A stretch of 63,955 nucleotides of DNA, filler included, from Reticulomyxa filosa (lineage: Eukaryota; Protista; Foraminifera): the NCBI GenBank assembly GCA_000512085.1. It is 23 parts of 23 records of this genome, joined end to end, with 100 filler letters (N's around TTAATTAATTAA, not from the genome) between each part and the next. Parts side by side here need not be neighbours in the genome. Positions count along the whole stretch, not along the records: positions 1 to 1,505 come from ASPP01047240.1; positions 1,606 to 9,801 come from ASPP01022713.1; positions 9,902 to 11,668 come from ASPP01020585.1; positions 11,769 to 16,004 come from ASPP01002344.1; 19 more parts are not named here. One strand, written 5' to 3'. Below the pieces are notes generated by a model. The model saw nothing but the letters and a program-made list of their open reading frames with translations. It was not told where the DNA came from and ran no database searches. Numbering within the stretch: the stretch's first letter is position 1; each line of letters starts with the position of its first letter. Of this stretch, positions 1 through 11,808 are shown in pieces. The position numbers and the translations under genes are program-made.

Positions 1-376
1 CTCTTAATATAATATTGTCATATGCACACATAATCTGAAAATTCTTGCTATAATTTTGTTTTTGTACAAACGCAACTGTACATTAATACTTTTTTCTTCA
101 AAAAAAAAGGCTTTCTAATCGAACATTTGCCAATATTGGCTTTATTCATCTTACAAGACTTATAATCAAGGTTCTGAAAAGAAAAAGATAAGGATTGAAT
201 GTTGTATGACAGATCGAATTCTTTATTATTTGAATCATTAGAGAAAGTGAACATGAACCATTAACAAAAATAAGGACATATAATGAATTTTCTAATTCAA
301 GTGATTTTTTTGTTTCACAAGAAAAAAATTCAAGTACAAAATTTTTAAATTTATTTGGAAGAAAAGCTTATAATTT

Positions 377-830
377 TTATCTTCGGATACGACGAGCTAA
401 ATGGATATCTTTGGTCATATTGATGACTCGCTTTGCATGAATTGCACACAGACTTGTACTCTCAAACAACGACACAATATATGCTTCGGTCGCTTCTTGC
501 GTGCCATTATGCGGATGACTGAAATCGCAAGTCTTTTTTGGATTCTTGTGCAATATCACGAGCAAATCGTTGAAAAGGCAGTTTCCTAATTTAAAATAAA
601 AATAAAAATATCAAAATATTACTATAAATGAATAAATTTATACCTGATCAATAATTCTGTTGATTTTTGATACTTTCGAATTTCTCTTAAAGCAACTGTT
701 CCTGGTCGATAGCAGTGTGGTCTTTTGGCTCTCCCAGCGACTGTGTTTTGCAAGATGCTTCTGTGGAGAATATTGTACATCGACGTCCTAAGGCACAAAA
801 ATTTTTTGCTGTTAGTTTTGTTCGGGCCAT
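377..830 (-). pseudogene. H3: Histone H3 pseudogene (one intron, frameshifts)
   Basis: ATG at 830 gives MARTK; then in a different frame [28 protein letters not shown]; GT-AG intron 643-586; [25 protein letters not shown]-stop; a shifted frame resumes [40 protein letters not shown]. Frame breaks in the tail and near 500-515. Confidence 0.85.
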
Positions 831-1226
831 AGACTTTTAATGTAGGTTTTTTTATTTGAATAAGTGCAAATTTTAAGAAGGCAAAGTTTTATATTTTGTT
901 TTGAATTGCGATATTTTAGCAAATTCTTCAATTACTTGTTCATGAACAATAATCAACAGTGAAATAAGTTGAAAATTTTTTATTTTCAGCTGTTGAGAAT
1001 AAAGCATACTTAAAGATGAATTTTATTCACAAAAATAAACCAAAATATTCCACCATATTGTTTCACAAGCAGTATTTGTTCATCTTTCAAACCTTTTGTG
1101 TTTTTCCAATATTGTCTTTCAATGTTGACTAAAACGCGAAAGAGGTAAGAAAGGGAGTTTTAAAAAAACTGGAGTATGCGCAGAATTTGTTCATCATAAC
1201 TCATAACCACAAACCAAAACAAAAAA

Positions 1227-1505
1227 ATGTCGTACAAGGCTTTTGTTTACTTTGAAAAAAAGATGCATCGAGTACTACTTGCCTCTTTGAAATTAAAAAG
1301 ATTGGAAAAAAAAGTGGTGGAGATCATTAACAGTACTAAAAATGACAATGATAAAACAGTGAATTATACACCACGTTTTAAAATTGTTGACAATAATAGT
1401 CGAGAAATTACCAACGATAAGCAATTAAAAACTGCATTTAACGCTGAAGATGTTTTCTTTTTTGTTCATCCCATTGGTATGTTTGTTTCTATTTTCTATT
1501 TAGTA
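1227..1505 (+). CDS. Hypothetical protein, 5' part (possible PB1-like fold)
   Basis: ORF with ATG, likely GT donor at about 1478 and truncation at the contig end; FKIVDNNSREITNDKQLKTAF weakly resembles the PB1 OPCA region. Confidence 0.4.
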
Positions 1506-1605
1506 NNNNNNNNNNNNNNNNNNNNNNNNNNNNNNNNNNNNNNNNNNNNTTAATTAATTAANNNNNNNNNNNNNNNNNNNNNNNNNNNNNNNNNNNNNNN
1601 NNNNN
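1506..1605. other. Artificial contig spacer (N44-TTAATTAATTAA-N44); repeated at 9802, 11669, 16005, 20009, 21810, 23088, 25217, 34186, 35562, 38640, 40516, 42966, 44241, 45528, 47333, 48913, 55186, 57637, 58947, 60471, 62294
   Basis: Identical 100-nt N/stop-linker blocks with stops in all six frames. Confidence 0.99.
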
Positions 1606-2150
1606 GTTGGAGCATCCGTTGGAGAGAATGTCGGAGCACCCGTTGGAGCATTCGTTGGCGAATAAGTTGGACTGAATGTCGGAGCATTAGTCGGTGACTC
1701 TGTCGGACTATATGTTGGAGCACCCGTTGGAGCATTCGTTGGCGAATAAGTTGGACTAAATGTTGGAGCATCAGTTGGTGAATGCGTTGGGGCATTCGTT
1801 GGTGAATAGGTTGGAGAAAAGGTCGGACTGTATGTTGGAGCATCCGTTGGCGAATAGGTCGGAGAGAATGTCGGAGCATCAGTTGGAGCACTTGTTGGCG
1901 AATAAGTTGGACTAAATGTTGGAGCGTCCGTCGGTGAATGCGTTGGAGCGTTTGTTGGGGCATTTGTTGGAGAAAAGGTCGGAGAGAATGTCGGAGCATC
2001 TGTTGGCGAATAAGTTGGAGAATAAGTCGGACTGAACGTTGGGGCATGCGTTGGGGAATAGGTTGGAGAATAAGTTGGACTGAATGTTGGTGAGAATGTT
2101 GGAGCAATAGTTGGTGACAGTGTCGGCGCGTTTGTTGGTGCCAAAGTTTC
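1606..2150 (-). repeat. 12-bp coding tandem repeat (S/A-P-T-x)n
   Basis: [15 protein letters not shown]... tetrapeptide periodicity with synonymous variation. Confidence 0.95.
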
Positions 2151-5100
2151 ACAGTTTGTGTTGACCAACAAGTTGATGTCATTTCTGTACTTGGTCACAT
2201 CCCAAGTTGGGTTGTCAAACAAGTGATCATGGACATCCGTCGTTGGATTTCCATGTTCGTCAAGTCCTTCAACTAAACACGTATAATCCGTTGATTTTGT
2301 CAATGTACCACTCACATAAATGGAAATATGTGTTGCTTTTAATCTTCCAAATCCAACTCTTTCTGCATCACAAAGTGGAATACCATGGACATCGGGGCCA
2401 GTTGAATCGCAAATTGGATAAATGATCAACGATCGTGCAACTTCGAGTATTTGGCCAGTGCTTTGGTCGACTATTCTTTTTTGGCCATCCAACATTCCAA
2501 TGGCATCATCAACTCCATCAGCAAGATCATGCTCACTGAAATAGTTTGTGGAGCAGTCAATGTTCAAAATTTTGTTTCGAATTATTGTTTTCGATGTTCC
2601 CGCTTTCAAGTCTAATTTTACAACACCATTACGTCGGTAGGTGATAATTCCGATTCTTGTGTCAAGGGTTAATCTTGGTCCAACATTGTATTCATAAACC
2701 AAATCGATCAAATGTTGTTTGAGTCGATTGCAATTTGTTACTGTCGTATTTTTGCCACATGACTCATCAACAATCAAAACGACATCATTTGGAATTGCGC
2801 ACACTGTTGGAGACGAAGTCGGGCTCGAAGTTGGATGTCTGGTTGTTTTTTTTGTTTGTTGTTTGTTAAATCTTTTGGAAAAAAATATACATATCACTGC
2901 CGTACCTGGTTGGTGGTTGGGTTGGGTGTCTTGTTGGTGATTTAGTGGGATGTTTGGTCGGATATTTCGTTGGGTTCTTTGTGGGGGGTTTGGTTGGAGG
3001 TTTTGTAGGATGCTTCGTTGGGTGTTTGGTAGGTTGTTTAGTTGGATGCTTTGTAGGAGATTTAGTTGGAGGTTTTGTTGGATATTTGGTTGGGGGTTTT
3101 GTTGGATGCTTTGTCGGATGTTTGGTTGGGGGTTTTGTTGGAGGTTTTGTTGGATGTTTCGTTGGATGCTTGGTCGGTGGTCTGTTGCAAGTCAAAACAT
3201 ATATTTATTGTTTTGATCCAAAAAAATATATGCTATTGCGCAAAAAACAAAACTTGGTTTGACACATAAGACATTGTGAAGATCGCCAGTTCTTCAAGGT
3301 GATGATTTGGTTGGAAGTGACAACACGTTGAGTTGCAGGTTTCAGCAAACAGGAAAACAAATCGTTGTAAGGGGCATCTTTTCGACAGGAACCCACCAGA
3401 AATCAGTCAATTTGTTTTGAAATTTAACACCACGATAACCAGCCAAACAAGGGTTTTGGTTGGTATCAGGACCCGTGCGATAACTTTGTGGTTGTCCATC
3501 AGTCAAAGCAATTCCATAAAAGCTGGAACACGTTTTGTTGCTCGAGTTATACATCAGCAACGCACCGTCCAAGGCATCTCGAATGTGTGTTCCTGCAAAA
3601 CGGGTGGTGGCCGTGTGTGGACGTCCAATTGCCGATATGATGTTATTACCTGTTGTAATGTCGTATCCTCCAGATTTGCAATCCCATGTTGAAAAGTTCA
3701 TTGGCATTGCAATCAAATACGAAAATGTTACAATCCCCGCTCTGAAACAATATCGATCAGGGAAGCCTTGTGCCGCCATAGCCGCATTCATTCGATCGTA
3801 TTCGCGTTTAATTCTTGCAAATAACTGTTGCACCCACAACTTTTCTCTTTGGAAACTGTCATCCGAAATGGACTTGGACGCGTCCACAATTACAAACAAG
3901 TCCATGTCTCCTGTTTGACAAGGAATGCCGGTAAAGTTGAGGATGGGCAACGTTTTGATGGTAGGCGCTGCAGTCGACGTAAATGGGGTTGGGGGGCGGG
4001 TTGGAGGCTTTGTTGGAGCCGGCGTAGTTGTGTAAGTACATTGCGAGATATCCGGACAAGTGATTCCTGCTTTATCAACAAAGTACTGTTGATTCAACAT
4101 ACCAAATTTGCCTGTGTCGCCATCAGTTGATGCAATCCATGTGAAACAGGTTCGATTTCTGAGATCTTGTTCAAAAGGATTTGGAAGAGGTGGACTATAT
4201 GTAAATGGGGACACCCATTTGTTTCCATTCGGGTTTACCCATTGACGGAACCAACAACCATGAACGTAAGGGACCTTTGCGGTGCCCAAATTGATCAAAT
4301 CTCCAGTAATGTAGCTGTATACTGTTGCCTGCGACACTACGACCAATTCCATACTGCGGTTAAATGTATGTGTCAATTGCAAATCCACGTTATTCGATTT
4401 AGGGAGTCGGTACGCTTCTGCTGGTTGTCCGGTCAGTGACAAATCGTGAAAAATTTGTGCTTCGAAAAATGCCCAACTGAACACTGGGTCTTGATCCGTA
4501 TCGCCAGTATTCAAAAAGGTGTTATTTCCAATACATTCATCCCAACAATTGTTGTTTGGCGAATTTGTTCGTTGAGCGACAAAGTCATACGTTTCTGGAT
4601 TCGAATAGCCCGCGGCACTGATACACTGATAACATTGATTTGGCGCGTTTGAAAATATTTGTGCTACGAAGTGGCAAAGGGGGGGAACAAAAAACGTATA
4701 CAAAAAAAAAGGGGTGCATACAAACCCTCTCCCTTCCACAGAAAAAAAGAAATATCTTCATCAAACCTGTTGTTGCATAACCAGACCAAAATTGATAGGG
4801 ATACCAAAATTCGGTGAATATCCAATCTGGGGTCATGCGGACGTACACTTGCCCAGCGTTATTGTAATAACGAAATCGTGTTTCGTACACTATTTTTTTT
4901 TAACATCAAAATAGCACGCGAAAAATTTGCAAAAGGGATACAAACAATTTTTTTAGTACACACTTTTGGATTGGCAAGGCGCTGAAAGGAAATTCGTCAA
5001 AGAATGAAACGAAAGCTGGTTGCGAAGGTCTACCCACCACAAATCTCCATCAGGATCTAATTGTGAACCTGTTGCTGATATTGTTATTCCAGGTGTTACT

Positions 5101-5303
5101 GTAACTTGTTGTGCCGAACCTGTTAAAATCACAAAAATATTTTCATATACATTTGTGCTTGTTGTCCATTTGCAGATTGCCGATTTTTCGTGCCCACAAA
5201 AAAAAGGTCACTTTTTGCAGGTAAATATTGTTTTTTCTTGTAAGAGAGTTTCACACTAACTTATTCCGACACTCAACAATAACGCAATCAATTTATGCGT
5301 CAT
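1606..5303 (-). CDS. Large secreted protein: signal peptide, Cys/Trp-rich N-domain, vWA-1, (PTKH/PTKP)n linker, vWA-2, (SPT-x)n mucin tail; multi-exon, 3' truncated
   Basis: [15 protein letters not shown] signal peptide at 5303; vWA-1 [12 protein letters not shown]...GIVTFS...GTHIRDAL...LTDGQP; vWA-2 [11 protein letters not shown]...RIGIITY; Pro/Thr repeats at 2880-3185 and 1606-2150; one apparent -1 frameshift near 3383. Confidence 0.85.
2900..3185 (-). repeat. 12-bp coding tandem repeat (PTKH/PTKP)n
   Basis: [16 protein letters not shown]... in ORF 2866-3195. Confidence 0.95.
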
Positions 5304-5644
5304 CTTTGTCTTGTTTCTGAAAAAATCCAAAAGTCAAATATTTGGTCAATAAACAACAGAGACAAAGGAAAACTGAAAGCAAAAAAGTAAAAAGGAAGAG
5401 AACGCCAAAACTTATTGTTTAAAAAAATTTTTATACTTTTGGAAAATCCTCCGTTTAAATAGTTGTTCTAATCTTAACAGTTGATGAGAAGAAGAAAACT
5501 ATAACAAACAAGTTCTATGAGCGAATAAATTAGTCACTCAACCTGTATTTCATTCACTGCAAACTTTACAAGCTTACACGCGTGAACGTAGAGTTGTTTT
5601 AACAAGAACATAAAAGGGAAGTGAATCAGTGCTTTTTTCCAAAG

Positions 5645-6087
5645 ATGACACAAAGTGAAGCCAATTTTGGGTTGAAGGAAAGAATTGAAGGAGTATTGAA
5701 AGAAACTTTTGATCCAAGTGTTTTGGAAGTGAAAATCACTGGAGCCTGTGGTGGAGCAGTTTGTCAATGTAGCTCTTACAGTTCTTAAGTCTATTTTTTT
5801 AAAATAGGTTTGTATCGTTTTGGGGGCACGGTAAAAGGCACACGTTCAGGTGCTAATAGTATCCAAAAAATTTGAGGGATTGTCAATAACTGAAAAACAT
5901 CAAGCTGCAAATAAAGCATTGCAGGTGTGACTTCTTTATTACATTACATATGCTTATGTTATCGACCGCTGGGTAACCACCTTTCTGCGTTGTTTTGTGA
6001 CAGGGCTTCAAAAGTGATGTTGTGCATTCATGGGACAAACAAATGTATACTCCTGAAAAGTATGCCGCAAAAACAAAGACAAAGTGA
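5645..6087 (+). CDS. BolA-family protein (3 exons; absent from the ORF track)
   Basis: MTQSEANFGLKERIEGVLKETFDPSVLEVKITGACGGA / VLIVSKKFEGLSITEKHQAANKALQ / GFKSDVVHSWDKQMYTPEKYAAKTKTK*; matches the BolA pattern GxCG...IVSxxFEG...H...H...TP. Confidence 0.8.
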
Positions 6088-6527
6088 TTATCGAATCTTT
6101 TTTTTTCTCTTGTGCCGTAAGAATCTTCATTTTTTCACAATGGTACACAAGAACACCACGATTTGTTCAACGAAAATTGAAGCATTCAAAATAAAGCACT
6201 TACTTAATTTCATTTAAAAATCTCTTACCATGCCAATTTACAAAAAAAAAAGAAAAAAGTAAAAGTGAAAACAGATAAATATTTAAGTAGTAGGGATTAG
6301 AAAAGACTTCCATGATTTTTGTAGTTTTAAATTCACTATCTAACTGTACTTCTGGGTTAAAGCGCGTACATGGCATATTTTCATTAGCAATGTGTACTGC
6401 CAATACTGTTCTCAGGGCTTTACTTCCTTAAAAAGATTAGGTTGAAGAATGGCTTTTTTGCAATCTTTGTAAGTGAACAAGATCTCCTCATTTCAAATAG
6501 AATTAAAAAAATTATTGAACTGTCTCT

Positions 6528-8149
6528 TCAATTGAGCAATTTTCTTTCAAAAAATAAAAAAAAAGTAGCAATGATGCAAAAAGCATAAAACCAATAAAGT
6601 GGTGACATACTGGTCACATAATGTTCAAAAAGACTTGACCAGTGTGTCCATTGTATTGCCCATATATCGTTTTCAAAAGTAAGTTTAGTTTCCAGCTCCG
6701 CAATATCCCACGGGACATTAGTTTCCGGTTTTGAAGAAAGGATTGCATTTGTTTCCAATGACTGATTCGAAAAGATAGGCACATCAATTACATCCACATC
6801 ACTTGCAGCACCAAAAAAATCAGTTACTTTCACCTTTTTGAACACCACCCCAAATTAACACGACAGTAAAAATAACAATTTTTTGAGAAAACTAATACAT
6901 ATACACATAAACAAACAGTATGAGGATCTCTATCAGAGAGTCGATATTCCCATTTGGCATGTGATTTCAATTTGTCGGGCGTCAATGAATTGAACTAAAC
7001 TTGCGTCCATACAAACAACACCAGCAATCAAAGACGAAATTTATGTATCACATCTTTCATTCTTATTGTGTATACATATGACATATGTACATATATAACT
7101 AATTGATCCAGCGTTGTATTTTCAATTTTATGTAACCTTTCTTCAAAAAACATCAACACATGATGAGTAAACCGATCTGCGATGGTAACACCAACTTCCG
7201 GATCTGCGCTATGCTGCAGAGTGGATCATTATTACATGACAACATTCATTCCAAAAAACAAACAAAATGATTCTCATTTTTTTAATAAAAAAAAAAAAGG
7301 ATAAACACAAAACCAAACAAACTGAATAAGCACTTTCTCCTTTCAAACTGGAGCCAATGGCAATGATATTAGGTGCTGTAAAATGTGAATACAAAGTAGC
7401 AGCCTGACAAGTGTCAACAATGAATAATATCTCATTGTATCGACCCTTTTTTTTTTTTATTATTTAAAATATAAATATATGTTATATGTTCGAATCAATA
7501 ACAAAAAAAGGAAAGATACGACAAGAAAAAAAGAACACTTGGGAGTGCATGATATTGAACGCATCGGCTAAATCTTGAGATTGAATTTCGTCTTTGTCAT
7601 GAAATTTCAGGAAAGTGTTGCCTCCATGTCCGTCCAAATATACTAATATATTCGATCGGCTGTCCGTGTTTAGTTTTTTACTGTTTGGCGTTGCATCAAA
7701 GTGACGATGTGTCAATACGCGCAGTAAATTTTCGGCGTTGCATTCCAACCCTCGGTAGTCCACTTCGACGTCTTCGTCGTAGACAGAGAGCATTGTGTTT
7801 TTTGTCGTTTTTTTGCTTCCGATTATTGATGCCTTCAGAACGTTGCGATCATTACATGCTATGTCGTCTGCTAACATTAGTATTATCTGACTGTCGGGGA
7901 TACCCAAATTCTTTACTGTGTGGTACATTGATAATGTGTTGGCCGTGTGTCGATAGTTAAACCAATATCGTGAGGCGCCAACCTATCTTTTTTTTTATTC
8001 AAAAAGATTTTGTTTTTTTTTTGTGCCAGGTTCAGTCGACAAACCAAAACAGCCCAGTTGTTATCATGTTTGCTAGTTGTGCCTGAATTACAATGGATAA
8101 TGCAAAAGGAAAATGAAATACAAATTGTCAAGATATATTTGAGGGACAT
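6528..8149 (-). CDS. PIGK: GPI-anchor transamidase catalytic subunit (peptidase C13)
   Basis: Signal peptide; [48 protein letters not shown] catalytic motifs; C-terminal TM helix; multiple introns. Confidence 0.95.
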
Positions 8150-8151
8150 CT

Positions 8152-8330
8152 TGAGGTTTTTTCCTATATTTCAATCAATTCTTAGTTCCCTCGTGGAAAT
8201 CTTTTTTCCTAAAATTTTCTTCACTTTTACTTTTCATCTACTTTCTACTCGTTCCTCATTTTATCTCTTTATTTAAATTACTTTCATTTTTGAAACTTCG
8301 CTCAAGATGCAAAAGTCCTTTCGTATTACA
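8152..8330 (+). mobile_element. Degenerate copy of the ~175-195-bp TG...CA solo-LTR-like repeat
   Basis: Ends CTTTCGTATTACA like copies at 12449, 26519 and 50294; start TGAGG...TCCTATAT resembles the 50294 copy. Confidence 0.5.
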
Positions 8331-8581
8331 CTTCTGCAATTGATCACTCCCTACACTCACATTTGTATCTTACAACTGTCAACATGTACATTTATTGATA
8401 AATAGAAATAAACTTGTTATAGTTACTCTCGTTGTGACCATTTAATCAATTTCAAATTGATACCCACTCTTTCTCTCTTTCTAGTTTTGAATTTAGTAAT
8501 TGAAGTTGTGCCATTTTTAAAAAACGAGAATTGATAAATTCAAAACAACCAAAAAAATAAAAATAAATTGAAAAAGCTAAT

Positions 8582-9780
8582 TCATTTGAACACAAAAACA
8601 AGCAATGGGATAGCAGAGACCAATTGCCCTCCAATCATGGTCAAAGACCAATAAAAGCACACCATTTTAAATCTATAAAGAATTAATTCGTTTTGTTCAT
8701 GTTTGGAAGTAGGTTTTTCTTTTCCAGGAAGATGTGGCAGTCTTGCTAACATGAACAATTGCGCAATCAAAGACGACATGGTTGTAAAAGCACCACAAAA
8801 TCCTCCTGTTACTCCACTAATTGCAATTCTTTGATGGCTTTCCAAATCGGTGATCGTGTGGTTCAGCACAAACATAACTGTAAATAAACACGATCCTATC
8901 AGATTCGCCGCAAGGGTACCTTTTGGTAGCGTGCTCTATGATTGTACGTACACATATGAGCCCTTTTTTCTTCCAACTTTTTCAAGCAAGTACGCAATAC
9001 AAAACATCGAAGAGATATCCCTCTCAAAAATAAAAAAAAAGTGCGTATGCATATATATACGTATATACGTAGCAATAGAAATGAAAAAAAGTATACATTA
9101 ATATCGAATTTGATGTTAAGATACCAGCGAGACATGGCGCCAAACATGCCAAAGATAACAGCAAAATAAAGTTCATTGTGAAGCAGCACGACGACAATGC
9201 CAATATTAACAACGATTGCAATAACTGCAAAACAAAGCGGGTGATACATACTCCGAAGTGGTTCATTTTTTTCCACAAATCGGCTCAATGTCTCACATCC
9301 ATTCGATCTCGTCACAACAAGTCGAACAGGGAACATACAATTAAATACCCTATTTATCATGGCTTTTACTCGGCGGTGAATAAGTTTTCCTTTTTTTTTT
9401 TTATTAAAAAAAAAGAGACATACACATTATTTGTATAAGGGTAGCAATTACGTGCACACATATATATTTGTATAATTAAACCTAATAATTCTCCCACAAA
9501 ATAACAAAGAGAACACGTGAAAAAAGTGAGGAACATTCCAAAGAAATACTTTCCGATCCCACTCTGATGGATGGGATCGGACTCACGGATCGATCCGCTT
9601 TTTTTTGAATGATCATCAACAGTAATTCGTTGTTGAATGTACTGAATGTCGTCAAACTCCCACAAAATCCTGTCATCAATGCCACGTTTACAAACGGATT
9701 GCCCAATGACATTTCCCTCACCAATCCCAAAGTAAAGCTTCCTATCATTGAGTATTTAGCATTATCAATAATTCCTTACT
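8582..9780 (-). CDS. FEX: FEX-type fluoride export protein (two CrcB/Fluc domains), 5' truncated
   Basis: Repeat 1: IGSFTLG...TGFCGSLTTFSTF. Repeat 2: GMFGAMSRWYL...PKGTLAANLIGS...GGFCGAFTTMSSL...YWSLT. Confidence 0.9.
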
Positions 9781-9901
9781 TTTTGTAAAAAAAAAAAAAA
9801 ANNNNNNNNNNNNNNNNNNNNNNNNNNNNNNNNNNNNNNNNNNNNTTAATTAATTAANNNNNNNNNNNNNNNNNNNNNNNNNNNNNNNNNNNNNNNNNNN
9901 N

Positions 9902-11600
9902 AAAAAAAAAAAAAAACTAGGAATAGCGTTATTTGAAGATTATTTGCACACGCACACGGAAAATATTGGTGTTGGTAGCAAATATTTTGTAAATGTGTCG
10001 GAAAAAGAGCGAACGAAGAAAGCCATTCAAGATGAAATCCAACGTCGCATGGACCGGGTGGTCATCCGACTGGTATTGCGCGATACGCAAACCAAGCCGG
10101 ATACGTATTTGGTCGGTAAAGGAGGGTTCATTAAGTGGTGTCATTGGGTCGTGTCCAATGACTTTTTCTCTTCCTTCATTCTGCTGACCATCTTCATGAA
10201 CGCCTTGTCACTCAGTGTGACTTGGCCAACCATGCCAGGCCGTTTGCGCAACTCCATGGACTTTGTCAACAACTTGTGCACCGTGGTGTTCATTGTCGAG
10301 TTTATTTTGAAGCACATTGGCTTTGGGCCTACTGCGTATTGGACAAACGAGTGGAATCGATTTGATGGCACAGTTTACTTTTTTTTCTCTTCATTGATTG
10401 CATAGAAAATATTTGTGTGAAGAAAGAGAGAAAGAGAGAGGAGAGGAGAGGAGAGAAGAACAAAGAGGAAATTTTTTTTTTTTTTTTTAAAATAAAAATA
10501 AAACAATTGGCAAACATTGTCATTCATCATATCACTCCATTCATAATAAACACAGATAGTAATTGTATCAGTGGTGGATCTTGGAGTCCAACTCTTTGCG
10601 TCAAGCAGAGGAGTAAAGCTGAATGAAGTCACCGCCTTGAGGGCGTTTCGACTGTTCCGAGTGCTGCGAATTTTGCGCGTGGCCACGCAAACGCAGCGCT
10701 TGCGAAAGCTGATGGACGGTGTGATGAGATCTATTTCCTCCGTCTTGTGGTTACTCGTCTTATTTTTCCTCTTAGTGTTTGTAGTTGAGTTGTTTTTTTT
10801 TTTTTTTTTTTTTTAATGTTTGTCGTTGTTTGTAATGACCGATAAGGTAGCGAATCAAGTGCTTCGCCTTAAAAAAAAAAAAAAAAAATTTATATTCCTT
10901 GTGTATGTATACGTGTTGATAGTTTGGACTCCTCGGATTAAACCTATTTGCAGGCCAACAAAAAAGTGAGGAGGTGCGCAGCAATTTTGACAGCATGTGG
11001 TACTCATGTCTGGCAGTCATGCAAACTGTCACATTTGACAAATACCGAGAGATCATGTTATGTTCAATCCTTGTCCAGCTTGTATTTATCTTTTGTATAC
11101 CAAATTTTAATTTTTTTTTTTTTTTAAATCTTTGTTTGTCTCCTCTCTATAATATTATATATGTACATATACATATATTTTGAATTGTGTATAGGGGGGC
11201 TCTCAAGGAATCCTATCACCACGAAGGGAGTGGCCTTCTTTGCCTATATTTTGTGCTATGTGCAGGACTTGGAAATTTGCTGATGGTGAACATGATCGTC
11301 GCCATATTGCTGAATAGCATGAACGAAGCGATAAACAGCGACTGGGACAACTATCGTTATTTATTGCCAAAGGCACAGTTCGTGCAACAGGAACATCCCT
11401 ATTGGACCGCGCAAGAATATCAACTGTTCTTACTGCAAGAGCTGAAGCTTCGACGACAACGACGAGCGTGGCAAACCCATGTCGCCGTGTGGAACAAACG
11501 GCGCAACAAACATCAACTCATGGGTCTGTCTCTCGGCATTTTTGGCCCGCACAGCAAATTCCGCCAAGGCGCTTATCGTTTGGTTCAACATCGAGTTTTG
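9902..11600 (+). CDS. Four-domain voltage-gated Ca2+/Na+ channel alpha subunit, internal fragment (probably repeat II and the start of III)
   Basis: S1-S3 FILLTIFMNAL...EFILKHIGFG...WNRFDG; S4 LRAFRLFRVLRILR; S5 GLLGLNLFAG; pore NFDSMWYSCLAVMQTVTFDKY; S6 GNLLMVNMIVAIL; SLGIFGPHSKFRQ precedes the next repeat. Confidence 0.9.
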
Positions 11601-11630
11601 TCATAACAACAATGATATAACTAGTTTTTC

Positions 11631-11668
<38 letters not shown>

Positions 11669-11808
11669 NNNNNNNNNNNNNNNNNNNNNNNNNNNNNNNN
11701 NNNNNNNNNNNNTTAATTAATTAANNNNNNNNNNNNNNNNNNNNNNNNNNNNNNNNNNNNNNNNNNNNTTTTTTTTTTTTTTTTTTTGTAATCTTGAGCT
11801 ACAATTTT

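Noticed and set aside
2945-3269. Plus-strand GCLVGGFV membrane-like ORFs
   Set aside because: Antisense shadows of the PTKH repeat.
3342-3345. In-frame TGA after a Cys as possible selenocysteine or readthrough
   Set aside because: Better explained by an upstream one-base frameshift; the other frame continues the vWA domain.
7482-7928. Legumain/asparaginyl endopeptidase
   Set aside because: [19 protein letters not shown] and DTCQA motifs plus a C-terminal TM helix are GPI8-specific.
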